A DNA stretch of 54,091 nt, counting the filler, from Dirinaria sp. TL-2023a (taxonomy: Eukaryota): assembly GCA_051941275.1 (NCBI GenBank). It is 4 parts of 4 records of this genome, joined end to end, with 100 filler letters (N's around TTAATTAATTAA, not from the genome) between each part and the next. Parts side by side here need not be neighbours in the genome. Positions count along the whole stretch, not along the records: positions 40,664 to 54,091 come from JAVEBF010000689.1; 3 more parts are not named here. One strand, written 5' to 3'. The notes beneath the pieces are model-generated. The model worked only from the letters and a program-made list of their open reading frames with translations. It searched no databases and was not told the DNA's origin. Below are positions 48,085 to 54,091 of the stretch, piece after piece. Positions within the stretch are counted from its first letter, which is position 1. The number at the start of each line of letters is the position of its first letter. The position numbers were made by a program, and so were the translations under genes.

Positions 48085-49265
48085 GGGAAGGTCTTTCGTG
48101 CCGGATAAAGTACAGCTTTTTGCATTAGCTAGGCCACCGATCAACAAAAGGTACCCTGCTTTAGTCAAGAGGTGCAATATCTGCCATGAACTTGCTCTTG
48201 CTTCAATTTTATACATAATCACTTTCTAAAAAGAGTGAAAGTGCTTGCTTTAGGCCGTCCGCCATTCCGCTGCTCTCGAGCGGACTTATTGGTCTACTTC
48301 TACATTCCTGCATCCATGCCGCTATATCCTAAGCTGCTACTGCTTTATTTCACTTCCTTGCCTCTGAAGCTTGCAATCCAATCGGATCAGGCCGATATTG
48401 GAATAAGTACACAAGTGCTCCATCGGAGGTTACAGACATGTGCTAAATGATAGATTATTGCAGCGTCCTAAATTATAATGTCTTTCTTTAGGAGCGCCAC
48501 GATGACTACGGTCACGTGAGTTTGATACTGCAAACCCTAAAGAAGGCCAGTGGGCGACAGCTCCGTCGACTAGGCCAGCTCAATTGGCATCTCTTGAAAT
48601 TTGCGAAGAGCCAATAACGAATGCAACGATTGCTGTTGGAAAAGCAAACTTGATCGCTCACACATGGCAAAGACTTTTGGGGATCTGAAGAAAAAAAAGG
48701 GGAAAAAAAAAAAAAAAGAAAAGAAAAGATGGTAGGCAAGGCTTAATGACGATTTAATGAGGTGGGCTTTTTTCTATAGGCTAGAACATGATGGACGATT
48801 GCTGCACAAATTGCCTGCTTACAAGGCACTACTACCTAAATTATCCTCCGGTACCTTCCATGTTCGTGATGAGGGCTGCAGGGGGTGGCTAACCCGCAAT
48901 GGCAGCACGGCCGGGCCTCGTACCTAAGGTACGCTCGTAGATTACATGCACTTACGTTGCTTTAGGTAAAGTAAGGTACATGTAGACTGTAGACCGATCA
49001 TCCTTGGGGTCTAGAGTGCGGCTGAAGATCACTTCAAGGTCCTGCGGTTGAATTTACTTTTTCAACTTTGCGCCTCTGGGTACTTTAATTTTCGGCTTTC
49101 TCAATAATGGTTCTGTGCCTGCTTTTTAAGGCTTTGAATTGGGCGAATTTATGCAAATGCGCGACTGGATGCCAAGACTGGCACAACTGAGACTGGACCA
49201 CTGGACCCGTGGACCCTTCGTTCGCGGGGAAGTGCAGTCCCCGATCTGGTCCCCGCGTGGGCCAG

Positions 49266-52200
49266 ATGGCCTTCGTCCACTCCAGTCATTCCCGGGAGAA
49301 GGGTGCTAGGGAGGTTGAGTAAGTAGTGAAGTCGCCAAAAGCCCAAAAGCGCGAATCTACTGCTAATCAAGAGCAGTATCATTTGTGTCCCGGCTATCGG
49401 AGCCGATGCGCGAACAACGTGGGCCGATCCGAGCGATGATGGTATCGGCTGGCTTGGAGAGCTGGGGACGAAACTTCCTTTCGTCAACCTTCTCCTCTAT
49501 GACCATTTGACCGTCCAGGAGCGAAGCCTGAAAGTTGCGGATGCAAAAGATGCCGCCTACAAGAGTACTACGCTAGCATTTGCCAAAGCAGAGGCTGCGC
49601 TTGCTTCCTATACCGTGGATGACTACGCCAACAGGTTCCTTGCACAGGTCGACGAACACAGGCGGTCTTTGCAGGTATGTACTACAGGAATGTACTTCGA
49701 GAGTAGGAGAGAGCTAATCGAGGTGGAATGCGAAGGCGGACCAACGACCCGTGGTTTTCACTTGTCACAGCACTGGGGGAAGTGTTGTGAAATCGGTAGG
49801 TCCGAAGAAAATGGATCAATTGCCCTATGTTCGTGCTTACTCGCAACCAGGCGCTAATTAAGAATCAAAAGCTTGCAAACGTCTGTTGCGGCATCACATT
49901 CTTCGGTCTGGCACCCTTTCCATCCAGCGCATAAACACGCTGATTAGGCTTCAGCAACACCACATCATGGGTCGAGCGTGCTATCTGACCCTGAATTCGT
50001 TCAGGCTGTACAGTATCACTTGGGGTTAAAGTGGAAGATGCCAGAGCGTCTGCGTCGATCATTCTCGCTCCAGAACCCGAAGCGCGAACTCTTGAATTAC
50101 AGATTTGCGCACGCTGCTATTGGCGTCAAGATATCTAGCTATGTGGAAAAGCAGGACACTAAATTGGAGGTTTTATCAACTATTGAAAGTGGTGGAGAAT
50201 CCGTGGTCGAAGTAAACCAATGCGTCGTTGATAATAGATCAGCCAAATTAGGCAATGCTGACGTTGCAGTCGATGAAGAAGAGGTAATTGACTTGAACAC
50301 AACGCATACAGGTTCAGCACGATTTACGAAAGAGAAGACCCTTCGTGATCTCTACATCGATAGTATTGTTTTCTTTCTAGAGAGTTCCAGTGCTAAAGAA
50401 CGTGCCGCCTACGACGATCTGAACAGCAGGATCCAACAAGACCTTAAAGTCGACGTTCACCAATTCTACCAACCCGGTGGAAGAGGGCAATCCGCACCAA
50501 CCAAGATTCTCACTGGGCACCCATCGTTGAAAGACTTTTTCGACTTCGGGCCGGAAGAGTGTTTGCGAAGGCGACTTTTGACCGGTAAAAGAGGTCATTC
50601 ATTGGCCAATGGCGTCCCAAATCCTGCTATCAAGGTCCGGCATCCTTCTGAGCCTGAAAATCCTGTCATCAAGATCGCGCCACCTTCCTCTGCAGACCGG
50701 GATAATGCTTCCATTGGGCTAGAAAAGAATTACGGCTCCTCGTTGACAGCGCCTACATCACAAATTCCCGAGAGCATCCACACAAGAAGACCATCATTGA
50801 CATCTGATACCAGACGTGCTTCCTTGACTGTAGAGGATATACCCGTGAGGCAGCCACGAGCTGTAAAATTTACAGACGATCCCGTGCACGAGTCATGGGA
50901 GGCAGACACCGAGCCAGACGCTGTTCAATACAAAGATAGTGAATCCATCCGTCGGCCTCAGCGATCTTTTACGTTTCAGCTTCCTAGTGATACATCGAGT
51001 CTCTTCAAATGGATCCACATCCCTTGGAATCACACTGGCTGGGTGCCACACGTTCTTACAAGGATCTCTAGGGAGAAGTCAAACTTAGATCTCCACACTA
51101 TTCTCCTGTCGGACCAGATGTGGCTCTCGCAACACAATCGTTCGCGGCATGCTTCCCCGCATGCCCGCTTTGTCGGAGCATCAGCGAAATGCTTGTTGCC
51201 AGAAGGTATCAATCACAGCCATCTGGACGGCGCTGCCACTCCAAAAAGTGCAACCGATGGCGTGCAGCTCGTTGTATATATGCGTGAGTGTCCTCGAACC
51301 GTTCGTCTTGCAGTGGTGCAGCACATGTTCGAGGGTGTTTTTAAGCTGCTTATGAGTGCTAAACTCATGATGATTTGGAACAACTGCGTTTGATGTAGAA
51401 ATGCTGACCCTACGATCTGTGATAGCATATCTTCATTGGGATAGTTACAAGCGTCTTCAGGATCGTGCTTCGGTGATTCAGAATAGGCGCAATGAGACCC
51501 GTGCGCGGCCGGTGAATCAGGAAATCGCTGATGGTAAATCCATGGAGAGCAAACTGATATGGCAGTACCTTGAGTCAAATTTGCCACTACATTGTCGCAG
51601 AACTTTGGACCAATTCGGCTATCCAAGTCTCCGGAACACGGCCGTTCGCGATGCAGATCAAGTTCTCTATAAGCGTACGAAGGCAGACAAGGATCCCCAA
51701 CCATTGCGTGAAACACTAATGAAGCACTCGAAGCATGTCAATAAATTGTTGCCAGCGCATCCTGCAAGTGACGGCGCGGCGAAAGTTCTGATGGTGGACC
51801 AACTTTGGTTGTGGGTCTTGGACAATGAAACCGCTATTACTTTTGCGTCGCCGAAAGAGAAAGAGGAACACGATGGCGGTCTCTGGAAGCAAGCAGATCT
51901 TGTCGGTAATATATATCAAGATATCAATGGCGATTTTGCGAGGCGGTGCACTGACCCGTTCGACTTTGCTGCTTTGGCTGTCTTTCATGCGGTCAAAGCT
52001 CTCCTGGATCATACAAGCGATCTCAATTTACAAGTTTTCCGTATATTCGAAGAATATATAAGTATACTCACGGAGCAGCAAACGAGAAGTTTTAAAGAAT
52101 TTCGCAGATACACGAAAGAGGTAGCAATGGATCGGTCGCCAACAGTATTTGACAACTCCAATGACCTTGATGCTTTGCTAGAGTTGCGGGACATTGAAGA

Positions 52201-53075
52201 TGAACTCAAGACTTTAGACAAGCTATTTGAGGAGCAGCAACGCGGCGTTATGGAGATGGGATCACAATATGCCGAACTGAACAAGACTCATAATATGGGC
52301 TTGAACGGCACCACGTTCCTCCGAGAAGTCACTCACTCTCTCAATGGATATAGGAAACAAATTGAGCGGATGCTTAAAAGCGCACAGACTGCGCAGCAGG
52401 CTTGTAAAGAGCTACTGGACATGAAGCAAAAGCAGGCCAATATTGACGAAGCTCATCTTGCTCGTCAGCAAACTGAAGTGGCGGCAGACCAGTCTCGCTC
52501 CATTATGATCTTTACCGTCTTCACTATCATGTAAGTTGTCTTTCTAAGCTCCGTAAACCCTATTTGGGGCGGTTTCAAGTCGACTTGCAACCCGAGAGGC
52601 TTTCTTCCAAAGTAGTTTTATATCGCTCGAGGTCCCTTGTGAAAGCGAAGATGCTAATGACAGCTCATTCAGATTTCTGCCGCTCAGTTTCTTTGCCTCC
52701 GTCTTCGGTATCAACGCTCGCGAATGGAGTGGTACATCGACAAATTTAAGCCTACATGCGATTTTTCTGTACATGGGTACGATATCTCTCGCTGTCATCA
52801 TCGTGGCGCTTCTAGTAGCATTCAACAAATTTACGAGGAGAATTGTGCGAGATGCATGGAAGAAGTCTGCTGGACCAGCCTCGAAAGCGTATTGGAAGAT
52901 GCGCAGACGTCCACCACCAGCGGATCAGCGCCCTCGCTCCTACAATCCGAGTTCGGAGCTGGAGAAGCTTGTGGCCATTGAAGCATCGAGAGAACAGAAG
53001 CGGCTCTCAAGCGTTTCTAGGACGTACTCGGTAATGAATTGGGACGAAGAGATGGGACCTCGCGGATGTGCATAA
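49266..53075 (+). CDS. ~1100-aa fusion of an N-terminal alpha/beta-hydrolase (SesB/DUF676-like) and a C-terminal CorA-like membrane domain
   Basis: Seven exons: 49266-49318, 49377-49674, 49736-49795, 49851-49905, 49955-51283, 51426-52530, 52673-53075 (3303 nt, frame-consistent). Hydrolase motifs VDIICVPAIG, RPVVFTCHSTGGSVVK, GITFFATPHHGS. CorA-like motifs WIHIP, MPYLHW, RRTLDQ, LMVDQLWLW, DIEDEL, IMIFTVFTIIFLPLSFFASVFGIN and a second TM helix. Confidence 0.85.
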
Positions 53076-54091
53076 ACGATAACCAGTAGTCAATCATGCG
53101 AATGGCACGTTACCATCGTGTCGTTCGCATCCGACGCGATTACTGTTGACTGACGTCCTGGCTTTAAACTGGCTTGAGGATGGCCAAAGGACTGCCGTCC
53201 AGCTCCATACTATACTCTAACCTCCGTCTTCGACGCTACGAATCTCGATATCGAATTCTTCCAACCCACCCAATTTGTATCTTGTTCCTGAATAGCTCGT
53301 GCAATCCTTAAAGGGACGGATTCAAAAATGAAACAAAGTTGTTGGGTATCGAGTGTCAGCGTATATCCTATAATCCCCGTTCATTCACGAAATGTACACC
53401 TGCCATCAAACACCTCGCTAGGTCGACGCGAGGCTCGATTTGCCTTTCGCGATTCCCGGTCCTCGATCCCACGCAAGACGGGTTTCTCGCAGGATGAGCC
53501 GGGGACCATATGAAGATCTACAATACCCTCGCCACTACCTACCAGCGCCTAAAGAAAGCGTCTGTATCCGAAAACCGAGCAAACCGCCACTTACGCCGAG
53601 ACCTGCAATCGACCAAAGCGCAAAACCACGGCATAAAGCCCACACTCTCCGAGCATCAGCAACCCAAAAACAAAGAAATCTCCGTCTACTCTATATTAGC
53701 CCCCTCGAGCTTACCTTACCCATGAAGATTGACAACGGAGCATCAAATGCACCGAAAACCTTCTCTCCCCCGCGCTTTCCAACCAATAAAATCCGGCATA
53801 TAATCTCTCACTCAATTTCCAGCTCCTCCCGATCTTGAACCCCCAGCTTTGAAAAGAGCGCGCACCATCAATTATAAGAGGTTCCTGAACCCCCTGCCTT
53901 ATCGATCAGATGGCTTTAATCTTCTGATTGATATAAAATAATGTATATGTGATTAATATGCGCGAACCTTTTTTTCTTCGTCTTTTTTCTTTTGAGAAAT
54001 ATTACCTCCAATATCTTTTGGGTGATCGGAGAACAGCGACTATATGTAATGCTAATGTACTAGATTATGAAACATGGGCAGGGGTTTAGAG

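Noticed and set aside
53328..53838. Overlapping short + strand ORFs at the window end
   Set aside because: No recognisable domain or coherent gene model.

Overview
This is eukaryotic genomic DNA from a filamentous ascomycete (Pezizomycotina, probably Eurotiomycetes-like; inferred from the short GT-AG introns with CTRAC/CTAAY branch sites and from gene content). The window is four contigs joined by three artificial 100-nt spacers (44 N + TTAATTAATTAA + 44 N), so adjacency across 13.5, 27.1 and 40.6 kb is not proven. I can build 18 protein-coding genes by hand. Conserved housekeeping genes: PTC6-like PP2C, PIS1, PBS2 MAPKK, a PIN-like/AEC transporter, TIM54, NAT1, MIX23 (partial) and RPL27. Others: an AAA ATPase, an F-box protein, a kelch-like single-pass membrane protein, a flavin monooxygenase, a PTH11-like receptor, an SDR, an Osh4-like sterol-binding protein, an orphan secreted two-repeat protein, a >2000-aa helical-repeat protein (partial), and a 7-exon ~1100-aa fusion of an alpha/beta-hydrolase (SesB/DUF676-like) with a CorA-like membrane domain. 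The most interesting signals are that hydrolase-CorA fusion, repeated GC-rich islands where strand skew inverts regardless of gene orientation, a recurrent intergenic TACCT(T/A)AGGTA palindrome, and stop-free in-frame introns, one of which sits inside a Walker A motif. I found no tRNA, rRNA, CRISPR array or transposon. All family assignments come from motif recognition by eye; no database search was run.
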